This document shows, piece after piece, positions 8,098-17,334 of a stretch of DNA of 64,000 bases. The stretch's first letter is position 1. Each line of letters opens with the position of its first letter. Below the pieces are notes generated by a model, which made no database searches, was not told the DNA's origin, and was given only the letters and a program-made list of their open reading frames with translations. The position numbers and the translations under genes are program-made. Origin of the DNA: an uncultured Peptococcaceae bacterium (GTDB lineage Bacteria; Bacillota; Dehalobacteriia; UBA4068; UBA4997). The stretch covers positions 26,552-90,551 of the forward strand of contig CALCQI010000006.1 of NCBI GenBank assembly GCA_937897635.1, written 5' to 3'.

Positions 8098-8979
8098 TTA
8101 GGCCTTATCGGCCGTACAGGCAAAACAATGGCTCGCTACCCGGATCGGCCGTGAACAAAGCAAGCCATGCCGGTAAAACCTGATATTGCTAATATCCGCT
8201 CTTATAGCCAACGCAATGTCAGCACTATATTCACAGTCGAAAATACTGCCATCCGCAGCCACAAAAATTTGGTTAAGACAGCATAAGTCATTTACTCTTT
8301 CCGCATTGAAGGCATCCTGCAAAAGCGCATTATAAGTATTCCTGGTTTCCTCTCCCTTAAGATGAGTTTTAGCAAAACAACCTACGGGAGAATTGGCAGC
8401 CACAAGCAGCTTGCTGAATTTAATGCGCCAAGTTTTTTCAAGCTCTTGCCTGCATTGTTTTTCCAGCTTGGCCTGCGCTGCGGGCAAAGTTGCGGAATTA
8501 GGCTTGTAGAACAGATCCAGTTCCAAATCTTCCTCCATGCCATAACCTGCGGCGTTCAGCTTTTTTAAGGCCAATATGGTTTTTTGGTAAAGCTCGCTTG
8601 TCTTCAAGGTTTCGGCATCAGCCTCAACAAAAGGAAAATTTATAACTAGGGCAACCTTATGCTCAAGCAAAAGCTCAAGCAGGTTTTCCGCTTCCTTCAA
8701 CAATAAAACTTCGGGGTTGATGTGCAAAATTATCCTTCTATCCAAAGTTGCGGCCTTATTGATTATGGCCAACAATTCAGGATGTTGTTTTGGGGCTTTG
8801 TTTCTAAGCTCAAGCGTAGTAAAATGATAATCCTGCAAAGCCACCAAACAATCCTCCACTACTTCGGGGCTCATCATTTCATCATCCGCTGTACCTGCCA
8901 AATCTATTTGCATTTTTACTATATCCCTGCTGGTAAGCGTACCCAAGCCCGCCTCGGCAATCTTATTATAGAATTCCAT
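8098..8979 (-). CDS. ArsS-like 'radical SAM/Cys-rich domain' homologue lacking the CxxxCxxC motif
   Basis: The C-terminal Cys-rich signature is present (CCLNQIFVAADGSIFDCEY...HCFACTA). The N-terminal part is collinear with my recollection of ArsS. There is no CX3CX2C anywhere in the 293 aa. Confidence 0.5.
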   Translation of the reverse strand: MEFYNKIAEAGLGTLTSRDIVKMQIDLAGTADDEMMSPEVVEDCLVALQDYHFTTLELRNKAPKQHPELLAIINKAATLDRRIILHINPEVLLLKEAENLLELLLEHKVALVINFPFVEADAETLKTSELYQKTILALKKLNAAGYGMEEDLELDLFYKPNSATLPAAQAKLEKQCRQELEKTWRIKFSKLLVAANSPVGCFAKTHLKGEETRNTYNALLQDAFNAERVNDLCCLNQIFVAADGSIFDCEYSADIALAIRADISNIRFYRHGLLCSRPIRVASHCFACTADKA

Positions 8980-9114
8980 ATTATTCCTCCCAGCTTTTTA
9001 TTAATTATTATTAAATAACCGTATCATCAATCATTTGAATACGTTATTGTATCCCAAACAATTATAACACAAGTTAAATTTGTTGATAAGAGGTATAGAA
9101 TAAATTTTTCAGCA

Positions 9115-9160
9115 AAACAAAAAACCGTTTCAGCATGGCTAAAAGCCCGTTGAAACGGTT
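9115..9160 (-). terminator. Terminator of the SLH-protein gene
   Basis: AACCGTTTCA...TGAAACGGTT stem followed by a T-run on the minus strand. Confidence 0.7.
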
Positions 9161-9193
9161 CTATTTTAAATTCAAACTTACCCCAAATATAAA

Positions 9194-12187
9194 CTAATAT
9201 AAACCATAAAGTATTTTGGCTATTTCCGCCCTGGTTATATTTTTCTGAGGAGCTATGCTGCCATCGCTGTAACCACCAACTATACCCAGGCTTACCAGAG
9301 TATTTATATGTTCTGCCGCCCAAGCCGGTATTTTTGCGCTATCAGTAAAATTATGCTGGGTTATGGTATAACCTTTAGCCAGGGAACGTCCTATCACCGT
9401 CATTACTTCACTTCTTACAATACTGGCTTTGGGATTAAACAAGGTTTTACCGTTCACCGTACTGCCCTGCATAATGCCCGCTTTATAAACAGCTTTCACA
9501 GCCCCCAAAGCCCAGGCCGGAATATCCACCGCATCGCTATAAGGCAATTTTACTTCCGCTTCCGTATCCAACCCCAGGTAACGTGCCATGATAACGGCAA
9601 ATTCCATGCGGCTTAAATTACGGGAAGGCGCAAATATCAAGCTGCCCGAGGCATCTGTTTCCCCTTTTATTACAGATTTTGCAGCCATAAAATCAATATA
9701 GCTTGCGGCCCAATGATTAGCCGTATCCGTAAATTGAGAGCTTGCCGAGCCGTTAACGCTGATATTTACGGATTTCCTGGCTAAATTGCCCGCCGTATCC
9801 GTAGCTTCCACGGTTATACGGTGAATACCTGCGCTTAACGTTGGTGTATAAAAACTTATATTACCCGTTAGGGCATTTGCGGTAAAGCTTGTGCTTACAC
9901 CATCCACCCAAACCTTGATATTGCTTGAAGGCAAACTGCTTGCACCTTGCTTATCCGTTATATTAACGGTAAGCTGGGCTTTGGTTTTAGCGGCTACGTT
10001 GGCAGGCACAGACGTGAATTTGATGCTAGGAGCTTCCGTATCGGCCTCGCCGCCTGTGGTAAGGTAAAGCCTATCCAAATAGATTTTACCGTTAGTGGCA
10101 GAGCCCTTTTCCAAGGCTAAACCGGTAAAATAAACCGCTCCCGAGGGGATGGCTCCGCTGATTTGCTTATAACCGCTTGCCGTAGCTTTGGCAGTAAGCT
10201 GAACGCTCATCTGTGCGCCCACCGTATTAGTAAAGTTTGCGTATATTTTGGTAGCGGCACCATCATCCAAAAACCAGGCCGATACATAGGAAGCGTTGCC
10301 TATAGACGTACTCGTATAATCAAGCGAAGTATAATCACTGCTTGTAAAATCATAAACTATCTGCAAGGCTTTATAACCATTATGCACCAAGCTGTTCGTG
10401 CTTACCAGGCTTAAGGCCGCATTGGGGGTTGCCGTAAAGCCTACCTTGCTTTCAAAATCATTTATCACAGCATCACCTAAAGCAGTGCCAAGGCTTACCG
10501 TAACCGGTATTTCCTTTGTGATACCGCCATAGCTCACCACAACAGAACCCGTACCCGCAATGCCCGAAGCCGTGAACACGCCTTCGGCAGTTATGGTACC
10601 CACATTACCTTTTACTTGCCAGCTAAAAGATTTATCGCCGGCCGCTACAGCCATATTTTTATAAGAGCCACTTGCGTTCAAATCCACCTTTTCACCCGCA
10701 CTCAGGCTCAGGCTTGAAATGGCGGAAGTACCTGATTTAACTATTATAGAGTCTATACTCTCCAAAATAAACAGCTTTTGACTACCCGTGGCATTACCAC
10801 CCGAAACATTGATGGTAGCTGTACCCGCAGTAGTGCCTGCCGTAAAAACGCTATTTGTTACCGTACCCATTTTATTATCCACAGTATAACTTACGCTTGA
10901 GGGCAAGTCCACGGGGTAATAGTTTTTATCCGTGGCTTTAAGGGCAAGGTTAACACTGCCGCCCTTCAAAACATAATAATTGGCAGGATAAACATGTAAA
11001 TTCACGGCATTGCCCACAGACCGTGTATTGTTTACCAAAACTATATAATTGGCGCATGGACGCAAACTGCCGCCCGAAGGTGTGTTCACCACTGTGGAAT
11101 CAGCGTTACCCGGCAGTTGTATAGCCATGGCAGAGGAACCTCCACCATCCAGATTGATGGCGTTCACACAGCCCAAAGCCTGCATTTCCTGTGCCAGCTG
11201 ATACGGTGTCATCCCCAAGCTGTACGGGTTGTTTTTATCCACCTCATACATGACCACTGTACCGTCCGCCTTGATGCCAACAGCACTTCTGGCATTACTG
11301 CCGCCAGGGCTATCCCCTGTATCTATCGTACCGTTTTGCAAAAGTGCCTTGCCACCCAAGGCATAAAGCACATCATTCCAACTGCCGCCCGTGGTTGAGG
11401 TAGTAAGTGTAACCTGCTCTCCTATTTTAAAATCGGGCAATCTGCCTACAGGGCCGCTATCCGACACTGTAAGCACCATTTGGTTTTCCGCAATTGGGGT
11501 AGAGCTTGAAGTTTTTACTATATCCACAACTTGAAGGTTCAAGCTGCCATTTACGGTAACAGGGTCATCGGTGAGCCTTTCCAAAACTATATTGGTGCCT
11601 GCACTTGTAAGCCTGGTTTCCTTGCTGAAATTAGTATCCAACAAAAAAATAGAGCTGAGAGAACGCACTTTATTGAAGCAATCTACCGTAACCTTGCCGC
11701 TTGCACCGTTTATGGTCATGGTGGTTACAGGTTTACCCATAACAGCACTGCCATCTGCTTTGAAACCAACGGCATAATAACCAAGGTTAGAGCTAATGAG
11801 CTCACCGTCTTTTATAACTATACCTATGGGCAAGCCGTTTTTCATATCAAAAAAATCACCGTTGATTGCGGCAATAACTTCCTTACCCAGGCCTTCCACA
11901 TAATTAGCAACAGCAGTAATGGTAGACTTGCCGTAAAGCTTGCTTCCGTAAACTACCATGGGGCTTATATCCGCATTGGGGGTATACTCCACATAGTTTA
12001 CCTGAGCCGCTCCCACAGTAGTTTGGCCCGTACCGTTATAATAGGTAGTTGAATTACCAATCTCACGGCTGTTTATATAGGCCTCGCTTAAGGCCATGGC
12101 AGGTGAAGTACCGGCCATTATCAAAACCAAAGCCGCCGCAGTAGCTTTAAGCACAAAGGCAGACTTTTTACTTTTAAATATTTTCAT
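9194..12187 (-). CDS. Secreted S-layer-homology (SLH) anchored protein with a phosphodiester glycosidase (NAGPA-like) domain and Ig-like repeats
   Basis: Signal peptide MKIFKSKKSAFVLKATAAALVLIMAG. NGDFFD...AINLDGGGSS block. Three C-terminal SLH repeats (FTDTANHWAASYIDF..., LPYSDAVDIPAWA..., FTDSAKIPAWAAEHI...). Confidence 0.85.
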   Translation of the reverse strand: MKIFKSKKSAFVLKATAAALVLIMAGTSPAMALSEAYINSREIGNSTTYYNGTGQTTVGAAQVNYVEYTPNADISPMVVYGSKLYGKSTITAVANYVEGLGKEVIAAINGDFFDMKNGLPIGIVIKDGELISSNLGYYAVGFKADGSAVMGKPVTTMTINGASGKVTVDCFNKVRSLSSIFLLDTNFSKETRLTSAGTNIVLERLTDDPVTVNGSLNLQVVDIVKTSSSTPIAENQMVLTVSDSGPVGRLPDFKIGEQVTLTTSTTGGSWNDVLYALGGKALLQNGTIDTGDSPGGSNARSAVGIKADGTVVMYEVDKNNPYSLGMTPYQLAQEMQALGCVNAINLDGGGSSAMAIQLPGNADSTVVNTPSGGSLRPCANYIVLVNNTRSVGNAVNLHVYPANYYVLKGGSVNLALKATDKNYYPVDLPSSVSYTVDNKMGTVTNSVFTAGTTAGTATINVSGGNATGSQKLFILESIDSIIVKSGTSAISSLSLSAGEKVDLNASGSYKNMAVAAGDKSFSWQVKGNVGTITAEGVFTASGIAGTGSVVVSYGGITKEIPVTVSLGTALGDAVINDFESKVGFTATPNAALSLVSTNSLVHNGYKALQIVYDFTSSDYTSLDYTSTSIGNASYVSAWFLDDGAATKIYANFTNTVGAQMSVQLTAKATASGYKQISGAIPSGAVYFTGLALEKGSATNGKIYLDRLYLTTGGEADTEAPSIKFTSVPANVAAKTKAQLTVNITDKQGASSLPSSNIKVWVDGVSTSFTANALTGNISFYTPTLSAGIHRITVEATDTAGNLARKSVNISVNGSASSQFTDTANHWAASYIDFMAAKSVIKGETDASGSLIFAPSRNLSRMEFAVIMARYLGLDTEAEVKLPYSDAVDIPAWALGAVKAVYKAGIMQGSTVNGKTLFNPKASIVRSEVMTVIGRSLAKGYTITQHNFTDSAKIPAWAAEHINTLVSLGIVGGYSDGSIAPQKNITRAEIAKILYGLY

Positions 12188-12478
12188 TTATTTACTCCTC
12201 TCCTTCAACTTATATCTTTTTGACGCTCAAAACCATAAAAAGGTTACTGCTCAAACAAGATATTTTTACTTTTTAAATTTAATATTTATTGCAAGCCTCT
12301 TAAGGCCCCTTTTTGAAAAAAAAGCGGCCGGCCGTAAACCGGTAAATCAAAAACATATATATTAAGTATAGCATATTAGGTATATCATTTATATATCAAC
12401 AAAAGTCAATATAAGCAAGTTGAGTATGAGCAGATGATTTGTTATAATAAAATATAATTACTGTTGGGGGATAAGCAA

Positions 12479-13003
12479 ATGAATATTTTTCTTACGGGCT
12501 TTACGCGTACAGGCAAAAGCACCCTTATCCAAAAGGCACTGAACTCTCTTGAAATCATCCCCTGCGGCTTTGTTACGCGTGCGGGCATACCAAATAAGGA
12601 TGGCAGCTCAGAGATATATATACACGCTGCAAACAGCAGCCAATTTTGGGAAAGCAAAACTAACCGTGTAGGTTACAGAGCAGGTGATGGCATCAACCGC
12701 ACAGGCTTCCCGAAGGTTTTCGATACTTTTGGCGTAAAAATACTGCAAAATAGTAAACCACCCTTGATTTTAATGGATGAACTGGGCTTTATGGAAAACG
12801 AAGCCCTTATATTCCAAAGTGAAGTACTGCATACCTTGGCTGGAACCATACCCGTTTTGGGCGTGATAAAGCCTAAAAACACAGCTTTTTTGAATAAGGT
12901 GCGTTCACACAAAAAAACCATGCTTATTGAGGTAACCTGCCAAAACAGGAATGAACTTTTACCTCGGTTGCTAATACTTCTGCGCCAAGAACTTAATTTA
13001 TAA
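12479..13003 (+). CDS. P-loop NTPase (THEP1-like nucleoside-triphosphatase family)
   Basis: MNIFLTGFTRTGKST (Walker A) and LILMDELGFME (Walker B). ATG 12479 preferred over the upstream TTG. Confidence 0.65.
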   Translation: MNIFLTGFTRTGKSTLIQKALNSLEIIPCGFVTRAGIPNKDGSSEIYIHAANSSQFWESKTNRVGYRAGDGINRTGFPKVFDTFGVKILQNSKPPLILMDELGFMENEALIFQSEVLHTLAGTIPVLGVIKPKNTAFLNKVRSHKKTMLIEVTCQNRNELLPRLLILLRQELNL

Positions 13004-13004
13004 T

Positions 13005-14033
13005 TTATAAACAAGGTTCTAAATAAACCTCTATAACACCACCTGTATAGGCTTCGCCTTCTTTTATATGCTTGCCTGTAATATCCACGCCTACACAGCA
13101 GGGCAAGCCTTGCGACATTACCTGAAGCGCGGTTTTACGGATTTCCTCCTCCGCCATACCGCCGCCGATAGTGCCGATACAGCGGCCATCCGCCAGCACC
13201 AGCATTTTGGTAGATATTTGCCTGGGCATTGAACCTAAGCGATTCACAATGGTAGCTAAACATTTGGGCTTTGCCGAATCAGCCGGTTTGGTAAGCAAAG
13301 TCAGCATTTTTTCATCATAACCCATGCCTCCTACTTTAGCATTTTTTACTTTGATTATTTCCGCCAAAATAGCAATACTTATTTCTGCAGGAGTTTCCGC
13401 ACCTATTTTCAAACCTACGGGCGAATAGATGCCTGCTATGGCCTCCCGGCTGAAACCCGCCTCCGTTAAACCCTTACGCACTTTGGCTACCCTGTTTTTA
13501 TTGCCGATCATGCCTATATAAGCATGGGGGCACCTTAAAATCTGCTCCAAGCAAATAATATCATAATACGGGTCGCGCGTAACTATAACATAATAATTAT
13601 TCACATCATCCCTAACCTCTGCCAAAGCTTCTGTAAAATCCATGGCCAAAATACTGTCGGCTGTGGGAAAACGCAGGGGTATAGCCATTTCTTTTCTATC
13701 CTCTATCACAGTTACCCTAAAATCCAGCTTTTTACCGAAATCCGCAAGCGGTAAAGAAATATGACCGCCGCCGCAGATTATCAAATTGGGTACACCGTTT
13801 ATGACCTCGAAAAAAACCTTACTACTGCCAACCTCAAGCAGTGAAACTCCTTCTATTTGGTCAAAGCTTGCCGCTACCCCACGCCAAAACACCGAGCTGC
13901 CCTCGGTAAATATATAGCCTTCCGCTTTTGTCCACAAAGCTTTAGCTCCCTCATTTTCACCTTCGGTAACTAAAGCACTTATTACAGCACCCTTAACATA
14001 ATATTGTTTGATGATTTCAAAAAAACCGCTCAT
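13005..14033 (-). CDS. XdhC/CoxI family molybdoenzyme accessory protein
   Basis: Two-domain layout with a Rossmann-like LIICGGGHISLPLADFGKKLDFRVTVIEDR. Confidence 0.75.
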   Translation of the reverse strand: MSGFFEIIKQYYVKGAVISALVTEGENEGAKALWTKAEGYIFTEGSSVFWRGVAASFDQIEGVSLLEVGSSKVFFEVINGVPNLIICGGGHISLPLADFGKKLDFRVTVIEDRKEMAIPLRFPTADSILAMDFTEALAEVRDDVNNYYVIVTRDPYYDIICLEQILRCPHAYIGMIGNKNRVAKVRKGLTEAGFSREAIAGIYSPVGLKIGAETPAEISIAILAEIIKVKNAKVGGMGYDEKMLTLLTKPADSAKPKCLATIVNRLGSMPRQISTKMLVLADGRCIGTIGGGMAEEEIRKTALQVMSQGLPCCVGVDITGKHIKEGEAYTGGVIEVYLEPCL

Positions 14034-14244
14034 AAGCCCTCCGCATATTCGTATTTATAAACTATAAATCATTTTAACACAGCACCAAAAGCTATACAAT
14101 ACGGCTTAAAAACCTGATGTTCAAACCCCAAGTCCACACCCGTAAAGCTTTTATTTCACAGCCGTTAAAAACTACCCCAAGCATATTTAAAATAGAATAC
14201 AAGCATTGACCTTGATTTAGTTATATGATACCATATTAGCAAAA

Positions 14245-14366
14245 TCATAAGGGAGTAGTTTGCGTATGCTTTACGCGGCAAGTCAACATAATGGCTAAAG
14301 CCTGGCTTGCCTTAATGAACGAGACTTATGTGTAGCTATAGCTATGCGTGAGTCTTAATTTTTTGG
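14245..14366 (+). promoter_or_regulatory. yybP-ykoY Mn2+ riboswitch with an overlapping intrinsic terminator
   Basis: P1 CATAAG/CTTATG. Conserved GGGAGTAG, GTCAACATA and GAGAC elements. A 15-bp terminator stem (GACTTATGTGTAGCT/AGCTATGCGTGAGTC) plus a T-run shares nucleotides with the P1 3' strand. It lies upstream of mntP. Confidence 0.85.
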
Positions 14367-14513
14367 CTGCAGCTTCGGCTTTGGGTTTTGGCTTTGGGTT
14401 TTGGCTTCATCTTCTTGCCTTTATAGGGGAATCACACTTCATTGGGGTTTTAAATCCGCTTTTTTAGCATATTATAGGAATCATGCTTCTAATTTTATAT
14501 ACAGAGGTGCGAA

Positions 14514-15077
14514 ATGACATTTTGGGAAATTGTTCTAATAGGTATAGCGCTAAGTATGGATGCCGCCGCCGTAAGTATGACGAACGGCATGATTTACCAA
14601 AAAATCAGTAAATACCTTATTTTGATTATGGCTTTTGCCTTTGGCTTATTTCAAGCCCTTATGCCTTTAGCGGGTTATTTTACAGGCGGACTTTTTTCCA
14701 CAATAATTACACGCTATTCCGGCTTTTTGGTGTTTTTGATTTTAGGTTTTATTGGTATTAAAATGCTTGTGGATGGTTTAAAAAAATCTAAAGAAATCAT
14801 GTCCCATAAAGAAATAACAAATAAGCCCAACTTTACCTATAAACTACTATTTTGGCAGGCTATAGCCACAAGTATAGACGCCTTTGCCGTTGGTATAGGC
14901 TTCAGTGCCATTAAAGTAAGCATTATACCTGCTATAACCATTATTGGTATAACTACTTTTGTTTTAAGTGTGATTGCTTTCATAATCGGTAAAAAATGCG
15001 GAGATCTATTAGGCAATATGGCCTCTGTACTGGGAGGTTTGATTTTAATAGCCTTAGCAATAAAAGCCTTGCTATAA
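14514..15077 (+). CDS. mntP: Manganese efflux pump MntP
   Basis: Duplicated DUF204-type halves (SMDAAAVS..., SIDAFAVG...), six TM-like segments, and a Mn riboswitch upstream. Confidence 0.85.
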   Translation: MTFWEIVLIGIALSMDAAAVSMTNGMIYQKISKYLILIMAFAFGLFQALMPLAGYFTGGLFSTIITRYSGFLVFLILGFIGIKMLVDGLKKSKEIMSHKEITNKPNFTYKLLFWQAIATSIDAFAVGIGFSAIKVSIIPAITIIGITTFVLSVIAFIIGKKCGDLLGNMASVLGGLILIALAIKALL

Positions 15078-15434
15078 CAATTTGTTTAAACCACAGTATT
15101 TTTAAACTTAAGTTTTCATCAAGCCCAATATACCAAAGCAATATTAATTTTGCAGTCTATTTTAATTATATAAAAACATTAAATATAGTTTTCTATTAGA
15201 AAAGATTTACCTGAAATAGTAGCATTCGCCATATATACCTCTTTGCACTAATTATCTTACTGCTGTTGACGGTACAAAGCCCTATAAATAATTTTAAATC
15301 AATCGGCTATATTTAAAATAATTTGGTAAATCTTGGTTTTATAGTTTTATATATTATAGCTATTGAATTGTTTGAATAAAGTATGTTTAAACATAAAAAA
15401 CCCTGCCATCTGTATAGATAGAAGGGTTTTCATT

Positions 15435-15510
15435 TGGAGCCACCAATCGGAGTCGAACCGATTACCTCATCCTTACCAAGGATGCGCTCTACCTAGTGAG
15501 CTATGGCGGC
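15435..15510 (-). tRNA. tRNA-Thr (anticodon GGU), CCA encoded
   Basis: Reverse complement: GCCGCCATAGCTCACTAGGTAGAGCGCATCCTTGGTAAGGATGAGGTAATCGGTTCGACTCCGATTGGTGGCTCCA. The acceptor stem pairs with one G-U. The anticodon loop is TTGGTAA. A T-loop GGTTCGA is present. Confidence 0.9.
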
Positions 15511-15543
15511 ACAGCTAATTATTTTATTCACAGTGCGTTTTAT

Positions 15544-15572
15544 ATTATATCGTTTTCCGCTTGGTTTGTCAA
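15544..15572 (-). promoter_or_regulatory. Consensus sigma-A promoter for tRNA-Thr
   Basis: Minus strand: TTGACA, 17 nt, TATAAT. Confidence 0.7.
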
Positions 15573-15781
15573 CAATTTAAATACCAAAAGAAAAAAAGAA
15601 AGCCCATAATCCGTATTATAAACCAAATCAGTAAAATATAGCAAAATCATACATTATTATATATTAATAAAAGAAACCAATTAAATATATAATAACCTTA
15701 ACTCACAATTTATTATATATTGCTAAAGCTTACAAATGCCTTTATAATTAAAGAAGACATCACGCAGAAAGGGTGAATTTG

Positions 15782-16345
15782 ATGAAAAAAGGCTTATTGA
15801 TCACCTTAGTAATCATAATTATTTTGGCGATCATCATTGGCTGGGCCGTAGGCAGCTATAATAAAATGGTAACAGCCGAACTGGAAGTTGATAAATACGC
15901 AAGTGATATTCAGGCAGATTTACAACGCCGTGCCGATTTAATACCAAACTTGGTGAAAACGGTACAGGGCTATGCCAAGCATGAAAAGGAAATCTTCACA
16001 GCGGTTGCCAATGCTCGCGCCCAAATGATGAGTGCAGGTAATTTAAAAGAAGCTGCGGCAGCAGATACGGCAATGAACAGTGCTTTATCCAGGCTATTGG
16101 CGGTAGCGGAAGCTTACCCTGAATTAAAAGCCAATGAAAACTTCATTAACCTGCAAACTCAGCTAGAAGGAACAGAAAACCGCATTAAGGTTGCCCGCAC
16201 CAAGTATAATGAGGCAGTTCAAGGCTACAATACCATGATCCGCCGTGTTCCCTATAATATTATGGCGGGCATATTCGGCTTTGAAGCTAAGGCATTTTTT
16301 GAGGCCACAGCAGGCAGTGAAACAGTACCCGAAGTATCCTTCTAA
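15782..16345 (+). CDS. LemA family protein
   Basis: N-terminal TM segment, then the LemA-type helical region (YNKMV...DLIPNLV...YPELKANENF). Confidence 0.8.
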   Translation: MKKGLLITLVIIIILAIIIGWAVGSYNKMVTAELEVDKYASDIQADLQRRADLIPNLVKTVQGYAKHEKEIFTAVANARAQMMSAGNLKEAAAADTAMNSALSRLLAVAEAYPELKANENFINLQTQLEGTENRIKVARTKYNEAVQGYNTMIRRVPYNIMAGIFGFEAKAFFEATAGSETVPEVSF

Positions 16346-16364
16346 ATAAATGGGAGGGCTTAAG

Positions 16365-17168
16365 ATGATAAAAAAATCACCGATCAAAAGCTTGATCATC
16401 TGCCTGATTTTGGCAGCCTCTTTGCTTTTGCTTATGGGTGCAAAAGCGCCTATTGAAGCAACCGACCGTTTTTTTGTAAACGATTATGCTGATATTATAG
16501 ATACAGCCACTGAGGATGAAATTTATAATATAGGTGTTGAGCTTTATGAAAAAACCAAAGCCCAGGTAGTTGTACTTACCGTACCTACCATGGATGGTAT
16601 GGATTTGGAAACCTACTCCTACAATGTTGCGGAAGGCTGGGGCATAGGCAATGCCAAGGACGATACAGGCGTGCTTATAATGTTGGATATGGATACCAGG
16701 CAGTTCCGCATTGAAGTAGGCTATGGGCTGGAAGGTGCCCTGCCGGATATAACCACTGGCCGTATCCAGGATAATTATATGCTACCCTATTTCAAGGAAG
16801 GCGATTTTTCCAAAGGCTTTTTGGAAGGCTACAAAGTGGTAGTTGGGGAAATTTACAATGAATTGGGTATGGAAAGTGAATATGAACCTATGCCAGAAAA
16901 ACAGGGAAGCCCACTTTTCATTATCATGATGCTGATGTTGATAGGCTTACCTATAATAGTTTTGCTTATAGTAATAGTTGCTATCTTTAAAAAGCATGGT
17001 GGTGGCGGCAGCCATTGGAACGATCCGGGAAACTCGGGCGGAAACCATTGGGGCAGCGGTGGTTTTGGTGGTTTCGGTGGTTTTGGAGGCGGCGGCGGTG
17101 GCGGCTTCGGTGGCTTCTCAGGAGGAGGAGGCGGCTTTGGCGGCGGCGGCAGCAGCAGAGGCTTTTAA
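16365..17168 (+). CDS. TPM-domain (YgcG-like) membrane protein with a Gly/Phe-rich tail
   Basis: FVNDYADIID...VVVLTVPTMDG...GVLIMLDMDTRQFRIEVGYGLEG, one TM segment, and a GGFGGFGG... tail. It forms the conserved LemA-TPM pair. Confidence 0.8.
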   Translation: MIKKSPIKSLIICLILAASLLLLMGAKAPIEATDRFFVNDYADIIDTATEDEIYNIGVELYEKTKAQVVVLTVPTMDGMDLETYSYNVAEGWGIGNAKDDTGVLIMLDMDTRQFRIEVGYGLEGALPDITTGRIQDNYMLPYFKEGDFSKGFLEGYKVVVGEIYNELGMESEYEPMPEKQGSPLFIIMMLMLIGLPIIVLLIVIVAIFKKHGGGGSHWNDPGNSGGNHWGSGGFGGFGGFGGGGGGGFGGFSGGGGGFGGGGSSRGF

Positions 17169-17334
17169 GTCAATAAATCAATATTAAATTTTAAAATATT
17201 TATCACCTTGTAAAAGCGGCTAATGCCGTTTTTACTTTATAAGGAGGAATAACTTAAAGTTCCTTGTCAAAAAGCGAACTTTTATTATATAAAAAACGTC
17301 TAAATATTAAATCACACCTAAGGAGAAATTAAAA

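Noticed and set aside
16978-17187. 69-aa alternative-frame ORF over the Gly-rich tail of the TPM protein
   Set aside because: It is a frame-shifted reading of the GGC/GGT repeat (an Ala-rich artefact), nested in a well-supported gene.
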